Shown: positions 1-10,735 of the stretch, in pieces
How positions within the stretch are numbered: position 1 is the stretch's first letter
Layout of the letters: each line of letters starts with the position of its first letter
Assembly (NCBI GenBank): GCA_963703315.1
Contig: OY969811.1
Span: forward strand, 4,000,001-4,064,000
Direction of reading: 5' to 3'
Length of the DNA stretch: 64,000 bases
Source of the DNA: an uncultured cyanobacterium
Lineage (GTDB): Bacteria > Cyanobacteriota > Cyanobacteriia > Pseudanabaenales > Pseudanabaenaceae
Position numbers and translations under genes: made by a program
The notes under the pieces: generated by a model
What the model saw: the letters and a program-made list of their open reading frames with translations, nothing else
Told to the model about the DNA's origin: nothing
Database searches by the model: none

Positions 1-1497
1 GTCGTAGGCTTGGGCATATTGATTGAGCCTCAAATAAGCACTACCCAAATTGCCAAGAGATAACCCCTCACCATTGCGATCGCCATTTTTCTGACTAATG
101 GCAAGAGATTGTTGATACAGTTCGATTGCTTTCTGAGTTTGTCCGAGATTGCTGTAGGTAATCCCCAAATTATTGAATGAAGTCGCTTCGCCAGCGCGAT
201 AACCTCGTTGTTGCGAAATTGCTAAAGACTGTTGATGGGCGGCGATCGCTTTAGTGTAGTTGCCAATGCTGTTATAAGCACTACCAAGATTATTGAGAGA
301 TTTGCCTAAACCTTCCTGATCACCAATTTTTTTGAATAGCTCAATGGATTGCTGATTAAATTCAATTGCCTTTGCAAGATTGCCCAAATAGTCGTAGGTA
401 TTTGCTAAATTCCCTAACAGTTTTGCTTCACTCTGGAGATCTTGATCCTGCCTTTTTAGCACTAGCGCCTGTTGATAAAAATCAATTGCTTTTTGGTATT
501 GTCCCAAGCTGCCATAGCCATTACCAATGCCAATAATGGAGTTGCCTTCACCATTGCGATCTTTAAGTTGTTGCGCGAGGGCAAGAGAACGCTGATAGAA
601 ATCAATGGCTTTTTGATACTGTCCCACAATCATCTGAGCAGTTCCTAAATCATTAAGTAGATTCTTCTCAGTTTCGCGATCGCCAATTTTCCTGACAATT
701 GCCAAAGCTTCGGTATAGGCATCAATGGATTTGGGATACTGCCCCAAGGTGCGGTAGACATCACCGAGATCCATCAGGGAATAACTTTGTTTTTGGAGGT
801 CGCCAATCTGTTTAAAAATCGTGAGAGCTTGTTGATAGGCATCGGCTGCTTTTTGATATTGATTGAGACGTTGATAGGCAGTACCCAGATTACCAAGATT
901 CAAGCTTTCGCCATTGCGATCGCCGATTTGTTGATAGGCATCAACAGCCTTCTGAAAGAAGTCAGCCGCCTGTTGATGCTGCTTCAGATTTAGATAGCCC
1001 TTACCTAAATTACTGAGGGAAGTTGCTTCAGCTACGCGATCGCCAATTTGACTTCTAATTGCTAAAGATTGCTGAAAAAAATCCACTGCCTTTTCATATT
1101 GTCCCAGACTGTTATAGACTGCCCCAATATTGCTGAGCGAAGTTGCCTCACCCTTGCGATCGCCAATTTGCTTTGTGATCGCTAAAGATTGTTGATAGAA
1201 GTCTAGAGCTTTGGGATACTGTTTTTGTCGGAAATAGGTTAGTCCAATGTTATTGAGGATCACTGACTCAGCACTACGATCCTTAAGCTCTCGATAAATC
1301 TGTAATGCCTGTTCATAGGTTTTGACTGCCTCATCATAGCGACTGCCTCTAACCAGTTGACTTGCGGCTTGGACTAAATTATCCGCTTGATCTTGACGAC
1401 TTTGGACAGTTTGCGCCACTGTGACATTACTTATTGCCATCTGCACAGGCAATCCACATAAAAGCGTCAACACCGCAATACTCAAAACTTTACGCAT
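1..1497 (-). CDS. Tetratricopeptide-repeat protein with signal-peptide-like N-terminus (partial; runs off the window's left edge)
   Basis: Not in the ORF track. ATG at 1497 opens a frame reading MRKVLSIAVLTLLCG..., followed by many ~40-aa repeats of the type LNNLGxAYxxLGQYQKAIDFYQQSLAIxxxIGDRxGE down to base 1. Confidence 0.9.
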   Translation of the reverse strand, partial: MRKVLSIAVLTLLCGLPVQMAISNVTVAQTVQSRQDQADNLVQAASQLVRGSRYDEAVKTYEQALQIYRELKDRSAESVILNNIGLTYFRQKQYPKALDFYQQSLAITKQIGDRKGEATSLSNIGAVYNSLGQYEKAVDFFQQSLAIRSQIGDRVAEATSLSNLGKGYLNLKQHQQAADFFQKAVDAYQQIGDRNGESLNLGNLGTAYQRLNQYQKAADAYQQALTIFKQIGDLQKQSYSLMDLGDVYRTLGQYPKSIDAYTEALAIVRKIGDRETEKNLLNDLGTAQMIVGQYQKAIDFYQRSLALAQQLKDRNGEGNSIIGIGNGYGSLGQYQKAIDFYQQALVLKRQDQDLQSEAKLLGNLANTYDYLGNLAKAIEFNQQSIELFKKIGDQEGLGKSLNNLGSAYNSIGNYTKAIAAHQQSLAISQQRGYRAGEATSFNNLGITYSNLGQTQKAIELYQQSLAISQKNGDRNGEGLSLGNLGSAYLRLNQYAQAYD

Positions 1498-1537
1498 AGT
1501 TTCTCTCTGATTCAAATTTTTTAACGGTAACGATGCT

Positions 1538-2479
1538 TTATCTCGACTTACTCAGTTCTGCTTCAATGCGACCAATTCGCACTGCATAGTTCTCAATACC
1601 GCGCCCACGCCGATCCTTGCGTCCTGCGGCATGGAGTCCCACAATTTGATAAACTCCATCAATTCTACTGATCAATGCCGAACCAGAAGCTCCCGGATTT
1701 GTATCGCAATCATGGACTAACATTCCTTCTTTTTCGCCTAGTACACTGCATTTTAGGTGTACACCTGCGGTATAGCCTTTTCCTGCCGCAAGGTCGCTAT
1801 AGACTCTCGGATCGGGATAGTCACTAGCATAACCCGCTACGGATAGCCTGTTCTTATAGCGCTGCAATACGGCTAATGGAACCGATCGCCATCGGAGAAA
1901 CCCATATTTCTCTCCCAAAGGCTTATTTAAAGATAGAATCGCCCAATCATCGGCAGATTCGACATTAGGTTGATTTGTTCCTGCTAAAACATTGGTCACT
2001 ACTGCCACATCACTCTTATTGCGTAGCCGACCATTTACTAAATTAGGCAAGAAGTACATTTTTGTAAATAGACGATCTTGCTCGTAGACACAGTGGGCAT
2101 TGGTTAGTACTAACGACTTCCCAATTAAGGTTCCTGTGCAGGAATATTCTTTTCCTGATTTGCTGATCATCACCACTTTGCCCACCGTTGACCAAGGATA
2201 TTCACGGCTCATCAAAGGTAGGCGCTGATCTGCACCGATGATAGCGCGATTAGTTCCTGTTGGTGACTCTGACTCCCTTAGTTTGTCTGGTACAAAGCCA
2301 TCAGGATTTGCGGTGAGGTCTTTAAAACTATTGATCTGTGTTGGTGCGATCGCATCCTTTGGCAGTAATTCGGAAAGTTCTTGAGCATTAACATTGTTAT
2401 GGGCTGCAAGATTACCTAACACTGCTAGTGCTGTTCCTAAACTAAGACTAAACAAAACTTGCCAAGTTCTACTTTTCAT
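1538..2479 (-). CDS. Secreted trypsin-like (V8/glutamyl endopeptidase-type) serine protease
   Basis: Signal-like N-terminus; CTGTLIG, LTNAHC (His), DDWAIL (Asp) and DTNPGASGS (Ser) motifs. Confidence 0.88.
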   Translation of the reverse strand: MKSRTWQVLFSLSLGTALAVLGNLAAHNNVNAQELSELLPKDAIAPTQINSFKDLTANPDGFVPDKLRESESPTGTNRAIIGADQRLPLMSREYPWSTVGKVVMISKSGKEYSCTGTLIGKSLVLTNAHCVYEQDRLFTKMYFLPNLVNGRLRNKSDVAVVTNVLAGTNQPNVESADDWAILSLNKPLGEKYGFLRWRSVPLAVLQRYKNRLSVAGYASDYPDPRVYSDLAAGKGYTAGVHLKCSVLGEKEGMLVHDCDTNPGASGSALISRIDGVYQIVGLHAAGRKDRRGRGIENYAVRIGRIEAELSKSR

Positions 2480-2509
2480 CGCCTTACAATTTGATTACCT
2501 AAAGTTGCC

Positions 2510-2593
2510 TATAGCGTTTAGTGCAGTGCGAGATTGTTTCCCCGCCAAAGGCGGGGAAACAATTCTCAACTCGCTCGCTTGAAAAGCGCTATA
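2510..2593. mobile_element. MITE-like element with TATAGC...GCTATA ends and an internal hairpin
   Basis: Ends tatagcg/cgctata and internal tgtttccccgcc-aaa-ggcggggaaaca. Related copy at 3608-3701. Confidence 0.55.
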
Positions 2594-2663
2594 TTGCCAA
2601 GTATAGGACAACTCATTGAGAAATAAATCAGGTTACAATTTTTGCAACATTAAAAACCAAACT

Positions 2664-2741
2664 AAAAGCCTGTAGTGTACGCTGCGCGTACACTACAGGC
2701 TTTTTAGATCAGAAAAGCCCCTTAGGGGCTTTTCTGATCTA
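2664..2741. repeat. Two adjacent perfect hairpins (REP-like; probable terminator of the Rrf2 gene)
   Basis: aaaagcctgtagtgtac-gctgcgc-gtacactacaggctttt, then tagatcagaaaagcccc-tta-ggggcttttctgatcta. Confidence 0.75.
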
Positions 2742-3179
2742 GATGTAATACATAGTTGTAGCAACTTGGCGCTGACGTTGGCGATCGCATAGATCTTTGA
2801 GAGTACAACTATCTAATACATGAGAAGCGGCTTTTTGCGCGGATTCCCATGCTTCATGAATTACTGCCACAGATGCACTCTCATGAGTTCCTTTCCCAAC
2901 TTTCCCTGCTAGCAAATCATACCCCTCGATACCATGAATGATTTCTAATAGGCTAATCGCTCTAGGCTCACGAGCAAGAGTATATCCCCCCTTAGCGCCA
3001 CGCTGACTTTTGACTAAACCCTGCCGTTTCAATGTTGCCAGCAACTGCTCTAGATAGCGATCGGGGATATTTTGTTGATTAGCAATTTGACGAATTTGTA
3101 AAGGTTGATCGATCGTAAAGTTCATGGCTAGCTCAAGCATCGCCAAGATTGCATATTCACTCTTTAAAGAAAGTTCCAC
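2739..3179 (-). CDS. Rrf2-family transcriptional regulator (CymR-like)
   Basis: KSEYAILAMLEL...IAxQQNIPDRYLEQLLATLKRQGLVKSQRGAKGGYTLAR signature. Confidence 0.92.
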   Translation of the reverse strand: MELSLKSEYAILAMLELAMNFTIDQPLQIRQIANQQNIPDRYLEQLLATLKRQGLVKSQRGAKGGYTLAREPRAISLLEIIHGIEGYDLLAGKVGKGTHESASVAVIHEAWESAQKAASHVLDSCTLKDLCDRQRQRQVATTMYYI

Positions 3180-3230
3180 AACTGTCCGTAATTTTATTTT
3201 AAATTTATTTAAAAAAGTTTGGGTAGGACT

Positions 3231-3863
3231 TACAGTGCTTTGCGCTCAAACCTGAACTAAGAAATTTTTAAAGACATTGCGAAGCAACACTTTTAAAAAT
3301 TTCTGGTGGTTCTTTTGATCGAAAACTGCTGTATGAGTTGTGATAGATGGCAATTTGCCTCATTTATCACAAATTTTAGATCAATACTTGATTGCATCCT
3401 ATAATACTACGGCATGGTACTGTAAATTATGGATTTAATTTTACATATCAAAACCGAAAAGATGGATAGCGGCGCGAAGCGCCGCTATCCATCTTTTCGG
3501 TTTTTAAAACTTACATTGCTATAGGTGCATCAATATAGCAGTTTTCATTTTGCCTATGGAAATCTGTAGCCATTTTTAGTTAATACATCAAATCAAAAAA
3601 AGAGTTATATAGAGTTTTTCAGCCTAGTGAAGTACGGGTTTGTTTCCCCGACGAAGGCGGGGAAACAAACCTATGTACCTCGCTTGCTTGAAAAGAGTTA
3701 TAGCGCAAAGCGCTGTAACTTTTTTTTGGTTTTCTAGCTATAGTTATATTTACAAAATGCTATAAGTACTTCGGCATAATTAAAACCCAAATTTAAAACC
3801 TGTAGCGCACACTGCGCGTGCGCTACAGGTTTTAGGGTTTTATATTTTAAGCCTACTTACTTA
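3231..3863. repeat. Cluster of nested MITE/REP-like hairpin elements
   Basis: GCGAAGC-loop hairpins at ~3262-3302 and 3450-3504; element 3608-3701 inserted at TATA inside the hairpin aaaaaaagagttata..gcgcaaagcgctgtaactttttt; element 3763-3863 with TAAGTA...TACTTA ends. Confidence 0.7.
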
Positions 3864-3884
3864 CCAACTAAATTTAAGAAAACT

Positions 3885-5108
3885 ATGTTTCGTCTTATCA
3901 AAAAATGGTTTCGCAAATCGAGAACAGTTAACAACGAGCCAATCAATAAGGTCAGCTTGATTGTTATTATCTTGATTGATATTTTTATCTTAATCAATGT
4001 TTTTACGGGATTGGCTGATATCAGTCGCTGGTACATGAGTCCTTCGCTTGCCTATCCATGCTATTCCGAATGGCAAAACTACCAAGATCAGACTACAAAA
4101 GAGAAAAATTACGAATTTATTAGACAGACATTGCTGGATCGTCAAGGCGATCGCTCAACGGTGCAGCAAAATTATCAAGCAAATGGCAGAGGTCGTCTAG
4201 GCAGTGTTTCCGCAACTTGTATAAAGTATGCAAGTTACGAAGATCAGATTAACAAGCCGCAAAATCAACAAATCATTAAAACTATCAGTCAGCAACAAGG
4301 CGAGATTGATAATCTTAAGCGAGCTAACGCTAATATTCGCGCCGAATATGATTCAACGCTATTAGAAAAAATTGCTAATCAGCCAGAAAATCAGTCGATC
4401 AATCAAGTTGCTTCTGATAAAGCCAAACAACAGTTAGAGCAGAACAATCAGAAAATTGCGACTTTTGAACAAGAAATTGCTAAGGCAAAACAAGAAGTCG
4501 TCACAAAACCAGAAAGTGTCAGTTTTATTGCCTTTCTGCAAGACCGAGGTGTATTTAGTGAAGTTGCATCAGGTTATTCACAGGCAAGTTTTTGGTATCC
4601 CAGCATTCAATTTGCTTTTCAGGCACTTTTTCTTTTACCGCTCATCTTGATTGCTCTACTAGTTCACAAATTCGCTCAGCGCAAGCAATATGGATTGATT
4701 GCCTTAATAAGCTGGCATCTTCTAGTTATCTTTTTGATTCCCCTGATATTGAAAGTTTTTGAGTTCTTACAAGTAGGCTTAGTCTTTCAATTTCTCCGCG
4801 ATCTTTTTCGAGTTCTCTTTGGCGGACTGCTTTTCTTAATTAGTTATCTCTATATTTTACTAATTCCAGTATTTGGTTTTGTAATGATCCAATTCTTTCA
4901 AAGAGTTGTGTTTAACCCCAAAATCCAAGCTGCTAATCGATTGCAAAAGTCTTCTTGTATCAATTGTGCCAAGAGAATTCGGAATCATGATATTCACTGT
5001 CCACACTGTGGTTATCATCAGTATATTGAATGTCCTAACTGCCACAATTCTACTTATAAGAATTTATCGTTCTGTAGCCATTGTGGACATCCTCAAGATG
5101 CTTTATAA
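3885..5108 (+). CDS. Membrane protein with coiled-coil loop and C-terminal double zinc ribbon
   Basis: Several hydrophobic segments; C-terminal CINC..CPHCG..CPNC..CSHCG motifs. Confidence 0.8.
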   Translation: MFRLIKKWFRKSRTVNNEPINKVSLIVIILIDIFILINVFTGLADISRWYMSPSLAYPCYSEWQNYQDQTTKEKNYEFIRQTLLDRQGDRSTVQQNYQANGRGRLGSVSATCIKYASYEDQINKPQNQQIIKTISQQQGEIDNLKRANANIRAEYDSTLLEKIANQPENQSINQVASDKAKQQLEQNNQKIATFEQEIAKAKQEVVTKPESVSFIAFLQDRGVFSEVASGYSQASFWYPSIQFAFQALFLLPLILIALLVHKFAQRKQYGLIALISWHLLVIFLIPLILKVFEFLQVGLVFQFLRDLFRVLFGGLLFLISYLYILLIPVFGFVMIQFFQRVVFNPKIQAANRLQKSSCINCAKRIRNHDIHCPHCGYHQYIECPNCHNSTYKNLSFCSHCGHPQDAL

Positions 5109-5148
5109 AAAATAAGGACGGCGCTTCGCGCCGTCCTTATTTTTTATA
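5104..5148. terminator. Bidirectional hairpin terminator between convergent genes
   Basis: Perfect palindrome tataaaaaataaggacggc-gcttcgc-gccgtccttattttttata spanning both stop codons. Confidence 0.75.
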
Positions 5149-7489
5149 GAGTATGTCCCATTCGTTTAGGGATTGCCTCATTAAAGTTTTTGGTAATTTG
5201 CGATAGAGATACAGCGATCGCTTGTTCTCCATTTACCGCAATCTCCAAATCACTACCCGCATCGCTGACGCTACCGATATATTGCCAAGAATTGCCTAGC
5301 TGATTATTAAGATAAGCTTCCCATGCAGAGCGATCGCTTGCCTTAACAGAAACAACAATCCGACTTGCGCCTTCTCCAAAGAGAAGTTGGGTAATGTGTA
5401 AATTTTCAGGAAGAGTTATTTGAATCTTGGCGGTGAGTTTGCCAGAGATACTTGATTCGGCGATCGCTACAGCTAGACCACCTTCCGCACAATCATGGGC
5501 AGATTGAATCAAGCCTTGGGCAATTCCTTGACGACAGGCAAGCTGCACTTTGCGCTCCAATTCAAAATCAACGGGTTGGGGTCTGCCTGTAACTTCACCA
5601 ATAACTGAGGCAAGATATTCAGAACCTGCGAGACTAGCGCGATCGCTACCCAATAAATAAATCGCATCACCCACATTTTGCCAAGCCTGACCAACGACCT
5701 TAGTTACATCTTCAACTAAGCCGACCATGCCGATTACAGGCGTAGGATAGATTGGTTGGGCATTGCCCTCAGCGTCAATAGTTTCGTTATAGAGCGAGAC
5801 ATTACCACCCGTCACAGGAGTGGATAATTCCCGACAAGCATCAGCGATGCCGCGACAGGCTTCGTGCAGTTGCCAATAACCGATCGCATTTTCAGGACTA
5901 CCAAAGTTCAAGTTATCCGTAACAGAAATAGGATCGGAACCAACACAGGAGAGATTTCTAGCAGCTTCCGCAACCGCTAACTTTGCGCCTTCATAGGGAT
6001 CAAGATAGACATAGCGAGCATTACAGTCAACCGTAGCGGCAACCCCCGCAAGGGCATCAATTTGGCATTGAGCGGAACTTAACTCTCCAGCACCAAAACC
6101 TTGACTGCGTAACCGAATTACCGCCGCGTCCGCACCACCGGGGAAAAGCACCGTATTATTCTGAACTTGATGATCGTACTGGCGATAGACCCATGCTTTG
6201 GAGGCGATCGCTGGGGTATCAAGTAATTTCAATAGCGCATCATTGGGATTAATCACAGGGAAAGAGGCGATCGCGGTTTTCTCATCCCATGCCCAAGCTT
6301 GCTTGGCATAGTCGGGAGTGTCAGCTAACTGACGATGATAAATCGGTGTATTATCGGCAAGCGCCGTTGCAGGAATCTCTGCCGCAATTTCGCCATGCCA
6401 GAGAATACGGACAATTGGCTCTTCCAGAACTTCACCCGCCACCACCGCATGAAGTCCCCACCGTTCAAAAATTTCAATTAGTTCTGCTTCTCTCCCTTTA
6501 TGAGCCACAAATAACATCCGTTCCTGTGATTCCGAAAGGAGATACTCATAGGGAGTCATCCCTGTTTCCCGCGCAGGAATTTTGTCCAAATCGAGAGATA
6601 CACCCACGCCGCCCTTCGCTGCCATTTCCGAAGTGGAACAGGTTAAACCTGCTGCGCCCATGTCTTGCGCGGCAACAACTGCACCAGTTTTGAAAGCTTC
6701 TAAACAAGCTTCCACTAAAGACTTCTCTAAGAATGGATCGCCAACCTGTACCGCTGAGCGATTCTGTTCCGATTTGCCAGAAATTTCTGTGCTAGCAAAA
6801 CTTGCGCCTTTGATGCCATCGCGCCCAGTGGTCGAACCCACATAAATCACAGGGTTTCCCACACCCGCAGCACCCGATTTGACGATTTCTTTGGTTTCCA
6901 TAATCCCGATTGCCATCGCATTGACTAGCGGATTACGGTTATAGGCTTTATCAAAATACACTTCGCCGCCAACGGTGGGAACGCCGATACAGTTGCCATA
7001 GCCAGCGATGCCGTTAACAATGCCGTTAACCCGACTACGCACCCAAGGATCGGACAGTTCGCCAAACCTTAGTGAATTCAAAATCGCCACGGGACGCGCT
7101 CCCATCGTGAAAATATCACGCAAAATGCCACCCACACCTGTCGCTGCGCCTTGGTATGGCTCTACTGCCGAAGGACGGTTATGGCTTTCAATCTTAAAAC
7201 TAATGGCAATATCATCGGTAATCTTGACTACGCCCGCATTTTCCCCCGGTCCCACCAGAATGCGATCGCCTGTGGTCGGAAATTGCTTCAGCAGGGGACG
7301 CGAATTTTTGTAGCAGCAATGCTCTGACCACATCACGCCAAACATCCCCAATTCGGCTTTGTTTGGTTCACGATTGAGGCGATCGCAAATCATTTGATAT
7401 TCATCGAGCGTCAAACCCTCAGATTTAATTTCGGCTGGGGAAAATTTGGGTGTGGTACTGGCGGTCATATTTAAAGCGGTGACTATCAT
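5144..7489 (-). CDS. purL: Phosphoribosylformylglycinamidine synthase subunit PurL
   Basis: [11 protein letters not shown], KIESHNx[22 protein letters not shown] and GGNVSLYNE motifs. The start may be the second Met (MTAST). Confidence 0.97.
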   Translation of the reverse strand: MIVTALNMTASTTPKFSPAEIKSEGLTLDEYQMICDRLNREPNKAELGMFGVMWSEHCCYKNSRPLLKQFPTTGDRILVGPGENAGVVKITDDIAISFKIESHNRPSAVEPYQGAATGVGGILRDIFTMGARPVAILNSLRFGELSDPWVRSRVNGIVNGIAGYGNCIGVPTVGGEVYFDKAYNRNPLVNAMAIGIMETKEIVKSGAAGVGNPVIYVGSTTGRDGIKGASFASTEISGKSEQNRSAVQVGDPFLEKSLVEACLEAFKTGAVVAAQDMGAAGLTCSTSEMAAKGGVGVSLDLDKIPARETGMTPYEYLLSESQERMLFVAHKGREAELIEIFERWGLHAVVAGEVLEEPIVRILWHGEIAAEIPATALADNTPIYHRQLADTPDYAKQAWAWDEKTAIASFPVINPNDALLKLLDTPAIASKAWVYRQYDHQVQNNTVLFPGGADAAVIRLRSQGFGAGELSSAQCQIDALAGVAATVDCNARYVYLDPYEGAKLAVAEAARNLSCVGSDPISVTDNLNFGSPENAIGYWQLHEACRGIADACRELSTPVTGGNVSLYNETIDAEGNAQPIYPTPVIGMVGLVEDVTKVVGQAWQNVGDAIYLLGSDRASLAGSEYLASVIGEVTGRPQPVDFELERKVQLACRQGIAQGLIQSAHDCAEGGLAVAIAESSISGKLTAKIQITLPENLHITQLLFGEGASRIVVSVKASDRSAWEAYLNNQLGNSWQYIGSVSDAGSDLEIAVNGEQAIAVSLSQITKNFNEAIPKRMGHTL

Positions 7490-7616
7490 TGGCTTGCAAC
7501 AATCATCTTATCGCAACACCATATTTTTTTGTCGTAGTGCGGTAGTCAGCTTCTTTGCAGATTTTGGCTCATCCGTTAAGATGTAAACAATAACCCGCAC
7601 TTAAGTTAAAAATGTC

Positions 7617-8831
7617 ATGTCCGATCGCCTGAAATTTTTCCGCAGGCTGATGTCAGCTTTTGAAGGCACTTCAAATCCTCAACGTGCCGTTGAACGAGGA
7701 TTTTATGTCAACTTGCCAAATAGTCCTGTAGAAGTGATCACCCGTAGAATTGAGCTTAGTCCTTCTTCGGTTCATTTATTATTTGGCGGTATTGGATCGG
7801 GGAAAACAACGCAGTTGCTACTAACACAAAAACATTTAAATGAGTTAGAAGATATAAAAGCTATTTATGTGGATGTTAGTCTTGTCACCGATATTTCCAA
7901 TCTTCAGTCTAGTGCTTTAATTGTGATTGCTGGACTGGAGCTAATAAAAATATTAGAGAAAATTGATAACCCTGAAATAGAAAAATCCAAACAAACAATT
8001 AAAAATGCTGCATATGGATACAGCGAGACAAAAATCGTTAACACGGCTTTTTCCTCGGTAGTTGCTAATCTGGTTAGTGGGTCTGTAAATACTTTTCACA
8101 AAGGATTATTGTCCTCAGAAAAGCAGGAAAATAAAGAGTTAATTTTAAAAGCTTTTGTTGAATTAAAAAAAGCTGCTAAAGCAATCATAAACAAAGAAAT
8201 TATTTTTCTTTTCGATAGTCTAGATAGATTGAGTAACTCAGAAATCTTTGTTGATTCAGTTCTTGACGATGTAATTGAAATTAACAATAGTGAAGTTGGA
8301 TCTGTTCTCGTAGGTTCTATTGCAACAATGTATGAAGAGAGAGATAGTATTGCAGAAGTTGTAGGACATTCTCACTTCTTGCCATATCTTGATATATTTG
8401 AAAATGTTGCCGCCCGTAAAGTTTTTACAGATATTTTTGCCATTCGAGATCCTGAAAAATTTATTAGTCTAGAGGCAAGAAATATACTAATGTATAGTTC
8501 TGGAGGGGTTTTACGCGATCTAATGTCTCTTTGCCAAGCTGCAATTGAAGAAGCTTATGTAGATGGTTCAGATCAAATTACAGAACAACACGCGAATCAA
8601 GCAATTTTAGCTATACGCCGTTCAAAACTAATTGGTTTAACCGATTCAAGCATAAATGTGCTACGTAAAGTTATGACTGAAAAATCATTTTCTCCACGGA
8701 CATCTGAGGATTTTGAACTATTGCTAACAGGACATATCTTGGAGTATAGACATCCAAGACAACGGTTTGTTGTTCATCCGATATTAGCTCCACTTATCAA
8801 AAATATGGCTGTGAGTGTAGCTAATGGATAA
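7617..8831 (+). CDS. P-loop (AAA/STAND-like) ATPase
   Basis: Walker A GGIGSGKTT, Walker B IFLFDSLDR, SGGVLRDL and C-terminal VHPIL. Same motif order as 62127-63419. Confidence 0.85.
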   Translation: MSDRLKFFRRLMSAFEGTSNPQRAVERGFYVNLPNSPVEVITRRIELSPSSVHLLFGGIGSGKTTQLLLTQKHLNELEDIKAIYVDVSLVTDISNLQSSALIVIAGLELIKILEKIDNPEIEKSKQTIKNAAYGYSETKIVNTAFSSVVANLVSGSVNTFHKGLLSSEKQENKELILKAFVELKKAAKAIINKEIIFLFDSLDRLSNSEIFVDSVLDDVIEINNSEVGSVLVGSIATMYEERDSIAEVVGHSHFLPYLDIFENVAARKVFTDIFAIRDPEKFISLEARNILMYSSGGVLRDLMSLCQAAIEEAYVDGSDQITEQHANQAILAIRRSKLIGLTDSSINVLRKVMTEKSFSPRTSEDFELLLTGHILEYRHPRQRFVVHPILAPLIKNMAVSVANG

Positions 8832-9423
8832 ACTATCCTCTGTAGATGAATTATTACAAAAAATTGAACTGCGACCGCCAGATAGTAATAGCTGGATGGT
8901 TCTAGTCGCTATGCCTGATGACATACAATCAACAATTGATGAGTTACAAGACAGTGTTGAGATTTTTGGTGAATGTGAAACAGTAACTATTTCAGGAGAA
9001 TCTGGAGCAAGAAATCTAATTAAATGTATTCAAGAAGCACCTCAAGAATACTTTTTACTACATCAACTTGACTCTTGGGATAATAACGAATGGAAAATTT
9101 TTGATGCTTTTAGAACTCAATTAGATAAAAATACAAATGGGGGCTTGGTTGTACTTTCCGATCAATCAAGCCATTTAATGTTTAGTAATGCTCCTCATTT
9201 TGTTAGCTTTGTGGGTTCACGATTATATTATTTGGATAACAATGCAAATGTACTCACTTCTGAAGAATGTGAGAAACGCTTGTCTGCATTACAAGAATGG
9301 TCTGGTCAAACCAATGAAGAAATAATAGCTTTGGCTGAGAATCGTCAACTACCAACTGACCCAGAGTATGGAGAATGGTTAATCTTACTTGATCGAGGTG
9401 ACTTGCTTGAAAGGCAAAAATAA
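8824..9423 (+). CDS. Hypothetical protein, probable inactive-NTPase partner of the upstream ATPase
   Basis: Overlaps the ATPase stop. FDAFRTQL..LVVLS..LMFSNAPHFVSF resembles the ANRVREEF..MVLWLS..LTREASDLANW segment of the gene at 63431. Confidence 0.65.
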   Translation: MDKLSSVDELLQKIELRPPDSNSWMVLVAMPDDIQSTIDELQDSVEIFGECETVTISGESGARNLIKCIQEAPQEYFLLHQLDSWDNNEWKIFDAFRTQLDKNTNGGLVVLSDQSSHLMFSNAPHFVSFVGSRLYYLDNNANVLTSEECEKRLSALQEWSGQTNEEIIALAENRQLPTDPEYGEWLILLDRGDLLERQK

Positions 9424-9973
9424 TTGGGAGAAGATCTGTAAAGAAATCCAAGAGCGTTCTTTAAACCAGACACTACTAGAAGTAGAAAGTGCGGAGAAAT
9501 TAAGAAAGAAAATTTTTAAATGTTTGAATGATGCCACCAATGAAAAGATATTGAATACGAATCTAAGTGAGATTCATCAGTTGCTTAAGATAAGTAATGG
9601 TCAAAAAGGACATTATGAAATTTTTGGTGGAGGCAAGAACTTTGGACGTATTCAAGACATTCCTCATTTCAAACTTCATAATGGCTGCTGGTTTGATTTT
9701 GCAATCACTGTCGATGAAACTGGCAAATCTTCCCAAATCGTGGCATTTGACTTTGAAATAAGGTTCCCTCAAAAAGAAAGTGAGACTAAAGTTTCATTTT
9801 TAAGAATTGACCTCAATCGACCAGAGCATAACAACGATGAACGAAATATACGTTTTCATCTCCATCCCAGCAATGACGATATTATGATTCATAGTCCACC
9901 AATGTCACCTCTCGAAATTCTGCATATGTTTCTGTATGGCATGAACATTCCAGACAAACCACGCACTTCTTAA
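9389..9973 (+). CDS. Hypothetical protein with RxD..H..HLH motif (putative effector); start may be the TTG at 9407
   Basis: 194-aa ORF overlapping the previous gene; FLRIDLNRPEHNNDERNIRFHLHP...PPMSPLEIL. Confidence 0.65.
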   Translation: MIEVTCLKGKNNWEKICKEIQERSLNQTLLEVESAEKLRKKIFKCLNDATNEKILNTNLSEIHQLLKISNGQKGHYEIFGGGKNFGRIQDIPHFKLHNGCWFDFAITVDETGKSSQIVAFDFEIRFPQKESETKVSFLRIDLNRPEHNNDERNIRFHLHPSNDDIMIHSPPMSPLEILHMFLYGMNIPDKPRTS

Positions 9974-10069
9974 AACATCCTCAACTCTGCTTTGTTGGGT
10001 TCACGATTTAGGTGATCGCAAATTATCTGATCACGATCTTATCGCATTGAACCCGCCTAAAATGATTTC

Positions 10070-10675
10070 ATGTTGTCCAAAAGGAGATCAACTTTTATGA
10101 CCTTACAACTACTTGATCAAAGCGCGATCGCCTCACACTTTAAATTCACAACCCAGCAATATCACCTCATGCATGAAGCTGGCGTTTTTAAAGATGGCGA
10201 TCGCCTTGAGTTGATTAATGGAGAAATTAAAACTATGTCCCCCATTGGCAGAAAACACGTTGCTTGCATTATTCGCCTCGACAAACTGATCCAACAAAAA
10301 CTAGGCGATCGCGTGATGGTTTCAACGCAAAATTCAATTCGCTTAAATGAGCATTCAGAACCCCAGCCCGATCTTGCGATCTTGAAATTTCGTGATGATT
10401 TTTATGAAGCAGGGTTGCCAACACCAGAGGATATTTTGTTAATTATTGAAGTTGCGGATAGTTCACTTGATTATGACCGTGATGTGAAAGCACCTCTGTA
10501 TGCAGTGGCGGGGATTCCTGAAATGTGGTTATTTGATGTCAACAAAAAAGCGATCGCAGGATATTCTCAACCATCAGCATTAGGTTACAAACAAATCCAT
10601 CGCTACGATGAAGGCGATAGGTTATCGATGCTTGCTTTTCCTGATGTTACTTTCAATTGGAATGAGCTTTTCTAG
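10070..10675 (+). CDS. Uma2-family endonuclease (likely start at 10097)
   Basis: RLELINGEI..MSP, SEPQPD, LIIEVADSSL.YDR..K..LYA..GIPE.W. Confidence 0.92.
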   Translation: MLSKRRSTFMTLQLLDQSAIASHFKFTTQQYHLMHEAGVFKDGDRLELINGEIKTMSPIGRKHVACIIRLDKLIQQKLGDRVMVSTQNSIRLNEHSEPQPDLAILKFRDDFYEAGLPTPEDILLIIEVADSSLDYDRDVKAPLYAVAGIPEMWLFDVNKKAIAGYSQPSALGYKQIHRYDEGDRLSMLAFPDVTFNWNELF

Positions 10676-10680
10676 AAATG

Positions 10681-10715
10681 TTTTTAAAAGCGGTGCGAAG
10701 CACCGCTTTTAAAAA
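10681..10715. terminator. GCGAAGC-loop hairpin, bidirectional terminator-like
   Basis: tttttaaaagcggt-gcgaagc-accgcttttaaaaa between convergent genes. Confidence 0.7.
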
Positions 10716-10735
10716 GTTTGGGTTTTGTAACAACA

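Noticed and set aside
787..993. 68-aa plus-strand ORF and the many similar short ORFs inside purL, ycf45, the AAA ATPase, pcrA, putA and cyaC
   Set aside because: Antisense or alternative-frame shadows of well-supported genes.
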